Source: Bacillota bacterium | Lineage (GTDB): Bacteria; Bacillota; Clostridia; Lachnospirales; Lachnospiraceae | Direction of reading: 5' to 3' | Assembly: GCA_023419655.1 (NCBI GenBank) | Contig: JAEZXP010000154.1 | Coordinates: 1 to 54,884, forward strand | Length of the DNA: 54,884 nucleotides | Shown here: in pieces, positions 1 to 10,108 of the stretch | How the letters are laid out: every line of letters begins with the position of its first letter | Position numbering within the stretch: position 1 is the stretch's first letter | Notes under the pieces: generated by a model | Told to the model about the DNA's origin: nothing | The model's input: only the letters and a program-made list of their open reading frames with translations | Database searches by the model: none | Translations under genes and position numbers: made by a program

Positions 1-430
1 GTGCTCCCATATGTCCGCATAAGAAAATTTCAATCTTACTTTTAAGAAGTCCTGAATCTTCGTAATAGTAATAAAAAGTCGTATAAAGTACATCCATTAA
101 ATATGGTCCAGAAGGACTACAACTATGATTTCTTATTACTTTTCTTACTACCCTTGTAGTATATGATGGTTCAATGTCATTTTCATTGATTAATGCTTCT
201 ATCGCAATACTCAATAATTTTTGTTTTTCCTCTTCGCTCAAACCTTCTAATGAAGATTCATCCATCATTATGTTAATATTGTCAATGGAACCTATGGATA
301 TCAAATTCTCCTTATCTTTTTCTTCAAATGGAACAGATAACTTATCATTCGCTTCGCAAGCCTTAGCAAAACTAATTAGCACAATCAATGACAATAAAAA
401 GAATATTGATATTGCTTTAATTTTTTTCAT
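1..430 (-). CDS. Hypothetical exported protein, truncated by window edge
   Basis: Not in the ORF track; read manually. ATG at 430 after a GGAGG RBS gives MKKIKAISIFFLLSLIVLISFAKACEANDK..., with the frame open to position 1. Signal-peptide-like N-terminus. Confidence 0.8.
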   Translation of the reverse strand, partial: MKKIKAISIFFLLSLIVLISFAKACEANDKLSVPFEEKDKENLISIGSIDNINIMMDESSLEGLSEEEKQKLLSIAIEALINENDIEPSYTTRVVRKVIRNHSCSPSGPYLMDVLYTTFYYYYEDSGLLKSKIEIFLCGHMGA

Positions 431-472
431 ATATTTCCCTCCATTTTTTATTTACATATTAGATGCATCCAA

Positions 473-502
473 ATTATACCACAACATGAAATAAATTGTC
501 AA
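473..502 (-). promoter_or_regulatory. Sigma-A-type promoter for the 1..430 gene
   Basis: Minus strand TTGACA-N18-TATAAT with TG extension. Confidence 0.6.
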
Positions 503-644
503 TAGCGATGCCTAACTATAATACACCTTTATGTAGGATTACAATACACCTTTATTAATTAACATTTATTAATTGCATATTTCAAAGCTCTATATTATAA
601 TTACTTTCTATAATTAACGTGTTATAGTGGACAAAGGAGCTTCT

Positions 645-1376
645 ATGAAAAACAACAGACAGCAGGACACCCGTCTTATAAAAAATCATAAAGCAGCCCT
701 TCGGGCTGCTCTTCCGCATACGATACCGATTCTATCCGGTTATATTGTTCTTGGTACTGCTTATGGAATCCTTATGCATAGCCAGGGAATCTCGCTTTTC
801 TGGACTACCTTCTCCAGTATCTTTATCTATGCAGGTTCCATGCAGTTTGTTACGGTTGCGCTGCTGGCAGCCGGCTTTGACCTTATCGGTGCATTCATGA
901 TGACCTTAATGGTAAATGCAAGGCATCTTTTTTACGGTATTTCCTTTTTGCAAAAATACAGCGGCATGGGCAAAATCAAACCTTATCTGATTCTTTCCCT
1001 GACCGATGAAACCTTTTCTGTGCTTTGCAGCGCAGAGCCGCCTTCGGATGTTCCAAAAAAGTGGTTTTATTTTTACATATCCCTGCTGAATCAGATATAC
1101 TGGATATCCGGCTCCGTTATAGGCGGAATTCTTGGCGGTCTGATTCGATTTGAAACCCGGGGACTGGAATTCGTTCTGACGGCCTTATTCGTGGTTATAT
1201 TTATAAGTCAATGGAAATCTGCAAAGAATCATATTCCGGCTATTATCGGTGTTCTTAGTACGGTTGTATGCCGGTTAATCTTCGGTGCGGATGATTTTAT
1301 CATTCCTTCCATGCTGTTAATTCTTTTGTCCGTAACCCTTATAAAGAATCCGATTGAAAGGAGTAAGCTGAAATGA
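645..1376 (+). CDS. azlC: AzlC-family branched-chain amino acid exporter permease
   Basis: Motifs YAGSMQF, VNARHLFYG and LTDETF; AAGGAG RBS before ATG 645. Confidence 0.92.
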   Translation: MKNNRQQDTRLIKNHKAALRAALPHTIPILSGYIVLGTAYGILMHSQGISLFWTTFSSIFIYAGSMQFVTVALLAAGFDLIGAFMMTLMVNARHLFYGISFLQKYSGMGKIKPYLILSLTDETFSVLCSAEPPSDVPKKWFYFYISLLNQIYWISGSVIGGILGGLIRFETRGLEFVLTALFVVIFISQWKSAKNHIPAIIGVLSTVVCRLIFGADDFIIPSMLLILLSVTLIKNPIERSKLK

Positions 1377-1711
1377 ATTATTCCAACACCCAGTTATTCT
1401 TTTTTTTCGGTCTGGTCAGTCTCGGAACGATATTGACAAGAGCCCTTCCTTTTATACTGTTTCCAGAAAATAAAAGGATACCCAGATATGTAAAATATCT
1501 ATCGGATATCCTTCCTTTTACCATAATCGGTATGTTGGTCGTATACTGCCTTAAAGATATCTCCTTTACAGTAAGTCCGTACGCTTTACCGGAGATAATC
1601 AGCATCGTTATTATTATCTTATTGCACCTATGGAAGAAAAACACGCTTCTTAGCATAGGCGCCGGTTCAATACTCTATATGGTATTAATACAATATGTAT
1701 TTAAGCTATAG
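1373..1711 (+). CDS. azlD: AzlD-family branched-chain amino acid transport protein
   Basis: TRALPF..LP..IIGMLVVYCL, LHLWKKNTLLSI; ATGA overlap with azlC. Confidence 0.92.
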   Translation: MNYSNTQLFFFFGLVSLGTILTRALPFILFPENKRIPRYVKYLSDILPFTIIGMLVVYCLKDISFTVSPYALPEIISIVIIILLHLWKKNTLLSIGAGSILYMVLIQYVFKL

Positions 1712-2776
1712 CACCGCTTCAATGGACAGCTTCTGCTCCCTTGACAAATCAATATAGGTATCGCCGCTGCGGACTACCGGTCGTGACAGTGAGCGCTTAT
1801 TAATCATTACAACCTCTCCTTCACGGCCGTCACTAAGGCGTACCAGGTTATGGAGATAGGATTGGATGATTCTTTCTAAGAATACCATCAGATAGCCCGG
1901 GTCAAATTTCAGAAAGCCGTCCCGTTCAAAATTCTCTACCACGTCAAAGGGACAGATGGCACTCCTGTACGTCCTGTTCGAGGTCATCGCATCGTATACA
2001 TCGGCTATCGCCACGATTTTAGAAAAATCCTCTATCTGATTCGCCATAAAACCATTGGGATATCCTGAGCCGTCACACCGTTCGTGATGCATAAGGGCCG
2101 CATACTTTATCCGGATATCGAGGTTTAAATCCTTTAACACCTGATATCCCTTAATGGAATGCATCTTCATCTCTTCAAATTCATCTTCCGTAAGCCTGGC
2201 CGGTTTGCCTATTATTCCCTTGGGAATCAGCATCTTCCCAATATCATGAAGAAGTCCTGCCAGGGTAAGAACCCGGGTCTCTTCCTTCGACATCTTCAGC
2301 CAGCCTGCAAAGATGCTGCATATAAGCGATACATTCAGGCTATGAACATAGGTCATATCATCATAGTCGCGGATTCCATGGAGCATCTCAAATACATGTA
2401 TGCCGTTTCGTCCCTCTGTAAGGATTCTATCCGTTTCCTCCAGCAGACTGTCTAAATTAATTTCACTGTTTCCACTGGCAATATTCTGAAAATTATCCTC
2501 TACTCTGGTAACCGTCTCAACATACTTACGGTTAAACTTCTTAAACTCAGGTGTACTCTTAACCATCTCTATATAGGAGGTTTCCTTATTTGGCTCTTCC
2601 GGCTTCCTGTCATATACAGATAATCCGTATATATTATAAAAACGAAGCCTTGTAATAATCCTTTCGTCCAGCCTGGTTCCCCTTGCTATGATTAATTGGT
2701 CTGAGGAAGAATATACATCTGTAGCAACTACCATACCTTCTGCCGCCTCATCCGTTCGTATCCTGACTGCTTCCAT
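1706..2776 (-). CDS. HD-GYP c-di-GMP phosphodiesterase
   Basis: LLHDIGK, HHERCDGSGYP, IADVYDAM. Confidence 0.93.
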   Translation of the reverse strand: MEAVRIRTDEAAEGMVVATDVYSSSDQLIIARGTRLDERIITRLRFYNIYGLSVYDRKPEEPNKETSYIEMVKSTPEFKKFNRKYVETVTRVEDNFQNIASGNSEINLDSLLEETDRILTEGRNGIHVFEMLHGIRDYDDMTYVHSLNVSLICSIFAGWLKMSKEETRVLTLAGLLHDIGKMLIPKGIIGKPARLTEDEFEEMKMHSIKGYQVLKDLNLDIRIKYAALMHHERCDGSGYPNGFMANQIEDFSKIVAIADVYDAMTSNRTYRSAICPFDVVENFERDGFLKFDPGYLMVFLERIIQSYLHNLVRLSDGREGEVVMINKRSLSRPVVRSGDTYIDLSREQKLSIEAVL

Positions 2777-2872
2777 TGCTTCACCCCGCTATTTATTTAT
2801 CGTAAACCCATCGCCTTGATTATACAATTTAATGCATTTAATTACAAGCTTTACTTTTCTGTAATTATCGTC

Positions 2873-3625
2873 CTATTTTAGTATCAATCCCACCGGGCAA
2901 TGGTCGCTTCCCATAACCTCAGCGTATATCAGGCTGTCAGCGATACGGTCCTTCATTCTCTCCGATACCACAAAATAATCGATACGCCATCCTGCATTGT
3001 TTTGTCTCGCATTAAACATATAGGACCACCAGGTATACGCTCCGGTTACATCCGGATACAGATATCGGAAGGTGTCCACATATCCGTTCTCAAGCAATGC
3101 GGTAAACTTGGTTCTTTCCTCGATGGTAAAGCCGGCATTTCTGGTATTGCTCTTAGGATTCTTCAGGTCAATCTCCGTATGGGCCACGTTCAAATCCCCG
3201 CACAGAATCACAGGCTTTTTCTCGTCCAGTCCTTTAATATACTCCTTAAAGTCATCCTCCCATTCCATCCTGTAATCCAATCTGGCCAGCTCTCTCTGAG
3301 AATTCGGCGTATACACCGTTACCACATAGTAATCCTCATACTCCAGTGTGATAACCCTTCCCTCATCGTTATGCCTGTCCATTCCCAGGTCAAAGCAGAT
3401 GCTTATAGGTTCCTTCTTTGTAAATACTGCTGTCCCCGAATATCCCTTCTTAACAGCCGAGTTAAAATACTGGTGATATCCTTCAAATGTGATTTCAACC
3501 TGCTCCGGCTGTAGTTTTGTCTCCTGAATACAGAACACATCGGCATCCGCTTCTTTAAAGAAGTCCGAAAAGCCTTTATTGATACATGCCCGTAATCCAT
3601 TGACATTCCATGATATGAATTTCAT
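2873..3625 (-). CDS. xth: Exodeoxyribonuclease III / AP endonuclease
   Basis: [32 protein letters not shown]. Confidence 0.96.
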   Translation of the reverse strand: MKFISWNVNGLRACINKGFSDFFKEADADVFCIQETKLQPEQVEITFEGYHQYFNSAVKKGYSGTAVFTKKEPISICFDLGMDRHNDEGRVITLEYEDYYVVTVYTPNSQRELARLDYRMEWEDDFKEYIKGLDEKKPVILCGDLNVAHTEIDLKNPKSNTRNAGFTIEERTKFTALLENGYVDTFRYLYPDVTGAYTWWSYMFNARQNNAGWRIDYFVVSERMKDRIADSLIYAEVMGSDHCPVGLILK

Positions 3626-3655
3626 GCAGCGCTCATCCTTTCTCTTTCGTGGTTA

Positions 3656-4303
3656 CTACAAATCCATAATTATATCATATACCTCTTCTACCGTAGCAGC
3701 GATACGGTCCGCTCCCGCTGCCCTTAATTCCTCTTCGTTCCCGAACCCGTACAAGACGCCAATAGAAGCAATTCCTACCGCCTTTGCGCCTAATATGTCA
3801 TATTTGCGGTCTCCCACCATAACCACATTGTCAAGGTTCGTTATCGAATTTCTCTCTAAGGCATACCGGATTACCTCATCCTTCGCCGCCCTGCTCTCAT
3901 CAAAGGTCGCTCCGCATATATCATCAAAATAATGCTCCAGATGAAAGCTTTCCAAAACCTTGACAGCCATCTCCTCCGGTTTTGATGTGGCTACTATAAG
4001 ATATTTACCCGCCTGCTTTAATCTGGTAAGCAGCCGCTCCATGCCGCCATACAGCTTGTTCTCATAGATTCCTTTGTCAACATAATACTCTCTGTATTTT
4101 TCAATGACAGCCTCTGCTTCCTCCAGGCTGAATCCATAGTATTCCATAAAGCCATCTCGAAGAGGCGGTCCGATATGCTTCGTCAGGCTGTCCAAATCAT
4201 CAATATAAATGTTCTTGCTCTGTAAGCCATATTGTACAGATTTTGTTATTCCCTCCTTCGGGTTTGTAATCGTTCCGTCTAAGTCAATTAAAATGTATTC
4301 CAT
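3656..4303 (-). CDS. HAD-superfamily phosphatase (phosphoglycolate phosphatase/nucleotidase-like)
   Basis: DLDGT motif I, ATSK, GDRKYD. Confidence 0.9.
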   Translation of the reverse strand: MEYILIDLDGTITNPKEGITKSVQYGLQSKNIYIDDLDSLTKHIGPPLRDGFMEYYGFSLEEAEAVIEKYREYYVDKGIYENKLYGGMERLLTRLKQAGKYLIVATSKPEEMAVKVLESFHLEHYFDDICGATFDESRAAKDEVIRYALERNSITNLDNVVMVGDRKYDILGAKAVGIASIGVLYGFGNEEELRAAGADRIAATVEEVYDIIMDL

Positions 4304-4325
4304 TCTTTTTATCCTTTCCTGCCTG

Positions 4326-4526
4326 TTACCTGTCTTGGGGCTTCCTGACCTGCCTTATACTTTTTTCAACCTGCTTCCTGGGAATCATAATTTGATGTCC
4401 GCATCCAAGGCATTTCAGCCTGAAATCCATTCCTGTACGCAAGATTTCCCATTCACCGCTTCCGCATGGATGGGGCTTTTTTAGCTTTACTATCTCACCA
4501 ACATTAAGCTCCATATCTTTCTCCAT
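4326..4526 (-). CDS. DUF951-family small protein
   Basis: KKPHPCGS.EWEILR.GMDFRLKC.GCGH signature. Confidence 0.88.
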   Translation of the reverse strand: MEKDMELNVGEIVKLKKPHPCGSGEWEILRTGMDFRLKCLGCGHQIMIPRKQVEKSIRQVRKPQDR

Positions 4527-4645
4527 TTCTATCCATAACCCTTTGCTATATCTACTATCTGCGGATTTAAAAATCCGTATATTCTAAATATCGCTCTATC
4601 CATAGTATACCATATAATTTATATTATTAAAATCTAAAATTCGGC

Positions 4646-4708
4646 TTGCATTTTAAAGCCATCTGTTGTAGTATTGTTATAGACCTAATGTAGTTATCAT
4701 TACTACAT
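4646..4708 (+). promoter_or_regulatory. Promoter plus palindromic operator upstream of the hemolysin III-family gene
   Basis: TTGCAT-N17-TAGTAT (4646-4674), followed by ATGTAGT-N7-ACTACAT (4688-4708). Confidence 0.55.
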
Positions 4709-4871
4709 GTCGCAATATTCTTTCTACGTCATACATATTGCTGGCCATAACAACAAATAATACCTGCAGAAAACTATCCGATACTTAATAATTACTAAAA
4801 AACGGGCCGTGCTGTTATTCTGATTATGAACCTATCCGTCACGAATATGCTTAGGCCGAAAGGAGTCAAAC

Positions 4872-5540
4872 ATGAAAAAGAAAATTATGAAAGCAAAGGA
4901 CCCGGGAAGTGCAGTAACTCATTTTATAGGAGCTTTGATGGCCGTATTTGCATCTACTCCTCTTTTGATTAAAGCCGCTTCCAATCCGGGCCATATTCAT
5001 ATCATTGCCCTGGGAATATTTATTCTCAGTATGATTTTGTTATACTCTGCAAGCACCATTTACCACACTCTGAATATCTCCGCCAAGATTAATAAAAGGC
5101 TTAAAAAGTTTGACCATATGATGATTTATGTATTGATTGCGGGTACCTATACCCCTATATGCCTGATAGCCTTAAGCGGAGCTGTTGGCATTGCTCTTCT
5201 GGCTATTATATGGGGGCTGGCTATTATCGGTATCATTGTGACCGGCTTCTGGGTTAACTGCCCCAAGTGGTTCTCCTCCGCCGTATATATTGCGATGGGC
5301 TGGACCTGTGTGCTGGCATTTACGCAGATAATTAATTCCTTATCGAGAGCCGCCTTCTACTGGTTATTGGCCGGCGGTATTATCTATACCATCGGAGGAA
5401 TTATCTATGCCCTAAAGCTTCCCCTGTTTAACGGAAAGCACAAATACTTCGGCTCCCATGAGATTTTCCATCTGTTTGTCATGGGCGGCAGCCTGTGCCA
5501 CTTCATATTAATGTACAACTATATCGCCGTCATGCCTTAA
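4872..5540 (+). CDS. Hemolysin III / PAQR-family membrane protein
   Basis: About 7 TM segments; STIYH, DHMMIY.LIAGTYTP, HEIFHLFV. Confidence 0.92.
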   Translation: MKKKIMKAKDPGSAVTHFIGALMAVFASTPLLIKAASNPGHIHIIALGIFILSMILLYSASTIYHTLNISAKINKRLKKFDHMMIYVLIAGTYTPICLIALSGAVGIALLAIIWGLAIIGIIVTGFWVNCPKWFSSAVYIAMGWTCVLAFTQIINSLSRAAFYWLLAGGIIYTIGGIIYALKLPLFNGKHKYFGSHEIFHLFVMGGSLCHFILMYNYIAVMP

Positions 5541-5551
5541 ACCATAGGAAA

Positions 5552-5600
5552 TGGATATAACAATTTCGCCCCTCATAAAAGGGGCGAGATTGTCATATCT
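5552..5600. terminator. Bidirectional stem-loop terminator
   Basis: GATATAACAATTTCGCCCCT-loop-AGGGGCGAGATTGTCATATC inverted repeat between convergent units. Confidence 0.75.
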
Positions 5601-5746
5601 ATGTTAAGCATCCGAATAGTTCTGGTAAGGTATCAAGGCAGTAATCTGTTCATACGACGTATGAAGTAGAAGGGGATTCGGCTGCGAACAATCAAAGATA
5701 TGTATCCTATCCCGTCATTAACTGCCCCTTTTACCAAATTATTAAT
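5600..5746 (-). ncRNA. Candidate structured small RNA (unassigned)
   Basis: Upstream GTCACA-N17-TATAAT; long closing helix (5717-5736 with 5623-5645) enclosing internal hairpins; terminator follows. Confidence 0.35.
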
Positions 5747-5798
5747 TACTATATTATACTCTCTTTCTTCTTTATTGTGACAGCAATCTGCTGATAAT

Positions 5799-7151
5799 TC
5801 AATTCAGTCTTTTTTGCAGTTCTTCCCGCATGGCTTCATATCCCGGTTTTCCGAGCAATGCAAACATATTGCTCTTGTAGCTTTCTACCCCCGGTTGGTC
5901 GAAGGGATTCACTCCAAGCAGGTATCCGCTGATACCACAGGCAAATTCAAAGAAATAGAACAGCTCTCCCAGATGGAATTCATTCTGCTCCGGTACATTC
6001 ACCATAAGATTCGGTACATTCCCGTCCGTATGGGCAAGCAGGGTTCCCTTCATGGCGCTCTTGTTGACAAAATCAACATTCTTGCCGGCCAGATAATTAA
6101 GGCCGTCCAAGTCTGTCTCTTCCTCCTCAAGAATTATCTCTTCGGAGGAGGTATCAACGCTTACCACTGTTTCAAATATAATTCTTTGTCCTTCCTGAAT
6201 ATACTGACCCATCGAATGCAGGTCTGTAGTAAAATCGACTGACGCAGGATATATACCCTTTTGGTCTTTTCCCTCACTCTCTCCAAATAACTGCTTCCAC
6301 CATTCTGATACAAAATGCAGAGACGGCTCATAGTTAACCAATATCTCGACGGATTTGCTCTTTCTAAGCAGAATATTGCGGGCTGCCCCGTAAAGCAGGG
6401 AATCATTTTCCTCATAGGGTGCCTCCAGACAATGCTTTCTCATGCTGGCAGCCCCTTCCATCAGTTTATGAATATCTGCTCCGCTTACAGCGATGGGAAG
6501 CAGGCCCACGGCCGTCAGAACCGAATACCGCCCTCCGATATCGTCAGGAACTACAAAGCTCTCGTATCCTTCTTCTGTTGCCAGCTTCTTCAAAGCTCCT
6601 CTCGCCTTATCCGTCGTGGCATAAATTCTCTTTGCCGCTTCCTTCTTGCCATACTTCTCTATCATCCGCTTTTTGAATATACGAAAAGCTATCGCCGGTT
6701 CCGTTGTGGTTCCGGACTTACTGATTACATTCAGAGAAAAATCCCTGTCTCCGATAACATCCTTCAGATGATTTATATAGGTACTGCTGATATTGTTCCC
6801 TACAAAATATATCTCCGGTGTCTTTCTTATATCCTTTGATACACAATTATAAAAGCTATGCCTTAAAAATTCGATGGCAGCCCGTGCTCCCAGATAGGAG
6901 CCCCCTATGCCGATTACCAGCAGGACATCCGAATCTTGTTGAATTTTAGCCGCCGCTTTCTCTATACGGGCAAATTCCTCTTTATCATAATTAACCGGAA
7001 GGTTAATCCATCCCAGATAATCCGAGCCCTGTCCCGTACCATTGACCAGCTGCTCCTTCGCTGTATATACCGCATCCTTCATCATATCAATCTCTGCCGG
7101 ACGAATAAAGCTGCCGGCAGTTGAATAATCAAAGCTTACCTTCTTAGCCAT
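5799..7151 (-). CDS. pgi: Glucose-6-phosphate isomerase
   Basis: [32 protein letters not shown]; start adjusted to MAKK after a GGAG RBS. Confidence 0.97.
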   Translation of the reverse strand: MAKKVSFDYSTAGSFIRPAEIDMMKDAVYTAKEQLVNGTGQGSDYLGWINLPVNYDKEEFARIEKAAAKIQQDSDVLLVIGIGGSYLGARAAIEFLRHSFYNCVSKDIRKTPEIYFVGNNISSTYINHLKDVIGDRDFSLNVISKSGTTTEPAIAFRIFKKRMIEKYGKKEAAKRIYATTDKARGALKKLATEEGYESFVVPDDIGGRYSVLTAVGLLPIAVSGADIHKLMEGAASMRKHCLEAPYEENDSLLYGAARNILLRKSKSVEILVNYEPSLHFVSEWWKQLFGESEGKDQKGIYPASVDFTTDLHSMGQYIQEGQRIIFETVVSVDTSSEEIILEEEETDLDGLNYLAGKNVDFVNKSAMKGTLLAHTDGNVPNLMVNVPEQNEFHLGELFYFFEFACGISGYLLGVNPFDQPGVESYKSNMFALLGKPGYEAMREELQKRLN

Positions 7152-7225
7152 ATGCCACCACTCCTTATTTTTTCTATATAATAACAAACCAAGGCTGAAT
7201 TGGCAATATAATTGTATTACAAGTA

Positions 7226-8338
7226 TTACGCAAAGAATTCCCGAAGTACATCCTCAACTATCTTTTCTTCTTCCGGTGACATTTCAGGGATTATAATCTT
7301 CTCTGGCTCCTTATTAACTGCCCGCTCCAATTCTTCCTTCTCTGCGGCCACTTCCTCTATGCTCGCCTGTATCTGCTTCTCCTCGGCCTTTTTTGAAGCA
7401 CGAAGCTCTTCTTCTATACTATTTAAGATGCTTTCCTTTTCTTCCTTTTCCCGCTTCTTTATTTCACTCTTTTTCTGCTTTTCTTCCGCTTTTTTTCTAA
7501 GCTCTTCTTTGCGCAGCATCAGAGCCTCCTGCTCTTCCTGAATCTTTCTCAGCTCTTCTTCTCTGCGCTTGGCTGCCAGCTGCTTTCTCTCTTCAAGCTT
7601 TCTTCTCTCTTCTTCCCTTCTGGCTTCCTCTATCCTTCTTTGTTCCTCTTCCTTCATTAAAGCCTGTCTCTTTTTCTCTTCTTCCTTCATTCTTCTTTTT
7701 TCTTTTCTGCGGTCTATCTCCTCTTTATTTTCGGCCTCAGGCCCGCCTTTATTGTCCTTTGGCATAAATACCTGCAGATATTCCTTACGATACTGCTCCA
7801 GTTTTTCCGGCTGTGATGCCTCATGCTCCAGTCTTACCTTACAAAAGTTCTCAAGATAATCCATGAGATTCAGACGAATCATTTGTTTTTTTACAGGTAA
7901 ATTTGTCATTTTATCCACAAGGATTAGGGCTGCTCCGGCCAGAATACCAACAGCTCCCGTGTATAAAATCTGTTCCCTGCTTATATCAAATACCACCCCG
8001 AAAATTGCACTGATAGGAACGATTAAGAAACTCATCAGAAGAACTTGTCCACTGAAATTCTCCCATGTGGATAACAAAATTCCACAGAATCTATACTTTG
8101 TCAAGCTCTTATCCACAAATGTATCCACATTATTAACACCGATATTCAGTTTGTAACAAGCTTCGAATTTCATCTTCATATGTTTTAAAAGCTTGTTATT
8201 AGTCGTTCCCAGCTTGTCCGATTCTTTTACCAGGTATATGTATACCATGTCCAATATAAAACGGATTATAATTCCCAGTCCGCATAAAGCGGCAAATGCA
8301 TAGATAATAATGTTGTCGTTATAGATATCCTGAATCAT
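7226..8338 (-). CDS. Hypothetical membrane protein with long E/K/R-rich charged helical tail
   Basis: About 3 TM segments, then >130 aa of EEEKKR/EEERRK-type runs. Confidence 0.8.
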   Translation of the reverse strand: MIQDIYNDNIIIYAFAALCGLGIIIRFILDMVYIYLVKESDKLGTTNNKLLKHMKMKFEACYKLNIGVNNVDTFVDKSLTKYRFCGILLSTWENFSGQVLLMSFLIVPISAIFGVVFDISREQILYTGAVGILAGAALILVDKMTNLPVKKQMIRLNLMDYLENFCKVRLEHEASQPEKLEQYRKEYLQVFMPKDNKGGPEAENKEEIDRRKEKRRMKEEEKKRQALMKEEEQRRIEEARREEERRKLEERKQLAAKRREEELRKIQEEQEALMLRKEELRKKAEEKQKKSEIKKREKEEKESILNSIEEELRASKKAEEKQIQASIEEVAAEKEELERAVNKEPEKIIIPEMSPEEEKIVEDVLREFFA

Positions 8339-8507
8339 AAAAAGCCCCTCTCTTTTCCATAATTTTACATCCATTATAGCCTAAATTGGACATTTTGAAA
8401 AGAGAGGGATTTGAAAATCGGTAGACACGAACCTGTCTATTTTTCTATAAAATGATAAATTATTATTCTTGTACCAACGCCATGACAGCAAACAACAAAA
8501 CTTTCCT

Positions 8508-9962
8508 TTAGCGTTCCGGCACCAAATCCGGTAAACTTATATATGTATCCAGTCCATCATCCGCAATGTCTATCGTATAACTCTTGGTTTGATATCCCGG
8601 CTTAATAAATGTAACTACATGGCTCCCTATAACCTTCTGAAAGCTTCCGGGAGAGATGCCTTTATACTCACCGTTCAGATATACAGACACGCCCAGGGGA
8701 TTCTGAATATAGATAAGGTGTTCCGTATCAACGATGGGGTCTTCTTCATAATCATCATCCATCCCGGAATCTATCTGCTCAGGAACATCGTCATCCTTAT
8801 CCTGCTCACTATCCCAATCGTTATATTCAATATCCTCCGATTCTCCTCCCGTATCTCCCGTCTCAACAACCCGTACGCTTTCTTTGCTTTGCAGCTCCGG
8901 AAGAACAATCTGTACCTTCTTGCTGGCATAATCCACCTCCAGATTACCGCGGAAGGTAGAATATCCCCCTAAGGATACCTCTATCGTATGGCTTCCGTAA
9001 GACAACTCCACCGGACTTGCATAGGTGGTAAGTTCCTTATCAATGTACAAATCAGCTCCAAAGGGCGTAATCTCAAACGTTACCTTGCCGTACTTTACAG
9101 GCTCCGGCCCCAAATCTCCTACCGACACAATGGTCTCTGCATTCCGCTCTATCGTGACATTCTTCGTTCCGCTATATTCTCCGTTTTCTACAGTAAGATT
9201 GTAATTCCCTTCACGAACGGTAATCGACATATCCCCGGTTATAAGCTGAACGGCTTCATAGCCCACCGTAATGCTGCCGCCCAGAAAAGCCTCATAGTCC
9301 TTTATTCGTACGATTCCATGCCCTTTCGTAACGATTATTGACCAGATGGTCTCGCCAATACCCCGTACCGTCAGCTCATCCTGTACGGCCAAATCCTCTA
9401 ACGTGATAAACTTATCCATATCTACAACAACCGGATTCGTATATGTATATTTTGTTTTGGCTATCTGAATCATATTGTCTTCATGATTTATCGTCATGTT
9501 ATTAACACCGACGTATTCCCATGCCTTGTCCGAATATTTAAGGTCCGTCAGTCTGCTATCGGTTTGATAGCCTACATCCACTATCAGACCAATTTCAACC
9601 TGACTGATGGAAATAACTTGTCCGAACTTATCAAGTACGCTGGTTCCTCCGGTATAACGAAGCCTTAATTCCTCGTTATTTGCCGTAACATACAGGCTTA
9701 TTACCTTATTATCTTTATCGATTTCAAGGACAATGGCGGTAGCCGTCTTGTCCGGCTTACTATGGGATGAGGGATTGTTATTGCTCTCGGAATCCGCTCC
9801 TCTGCCTGGGGCAGGCCTTATGCCGGCTCTTCCGTTCTTTCCTGCCTCGATTAAAGCAACGAATAAAATAACCGTAAAAAGAGTCAGACCAACCAAAAGG
9901 CTTACTATTGGCCTGACACGTATCATTGATTTATTCTTTTGTTCATTTGTATTTACCGCCAT
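8508..9962 (-). CDS. Membrane-anchored PEGA-domain protein
   Basis: N-terminal TM; PEGA-like repeats (TPFGADLYID..GSHTIEVS; NPLGVSVYLNGEYKG..GSHVVTF.KPGY) separated by an acidic linker. Confidence 0.8.
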   Translation of the reverse strand: MAVNTNEQKNKSMIRVRPIVSLLVGLTLFTVILFVALIEAGKNGRAGIRPAPGRGADSESNNNPSSHSKPDKTATAIVLEIDKDNKVISLYVTANNEELRLRYTGGTSVLDKFGQVISISQVEIGLIVDVGYQTDSRLTDLKYSDKAWEYVGVNNMTINHEDNMIQIAKTKYTYTNPVVVDMDKFITLEDLAVQDELTVRGIGETIWSIIVTKGHGIVRIKDYEAFLGGSITVGYEAVQLITGDMSITVREGNYNLTVENGEYSGTKNVTIERNAETIVSVGDLGPEPVKYGKVTFEITPFGADLYIDKELTTYASPVELSYGSHTIEVSLGGYSTFRGNLEVDYASKKVQIVLPELQSKESVRVVETGDTGGESEDIEYNDWDSEQDKDDDVPEQIDSGMDDDYEEDPIVDTEHLIYIQNPLGVSVYLNGEYKGISPGSFQKVIGSHVVTFIKPGYQTKSYTIDIADDGLDTYISLPDLVPER

Positions 9963-10108
9963 ACTATCCTTTCGTTTCGCTAATATTCGCTAATCATTCT
10001 ACAAGGTATAATAATAGTATATCGCAATTCATCCTTTTAGGCAATCCCTTCAAAATTACTACTCTTCGTAAAAGCTCCATAGGACGTATGGCAAATTGGG
10101 CAATCAAC

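Noticed and set aside
174..494. 106-aa + strand ORF
   Set aside because: Shadow of the minus-strand gene 1..430, which has the RBS and signal peptide.
7212..8156. + strand Ser/Phe-rich ORFs
   Set aside because: Antisense of the E/K-rich coding sequence.
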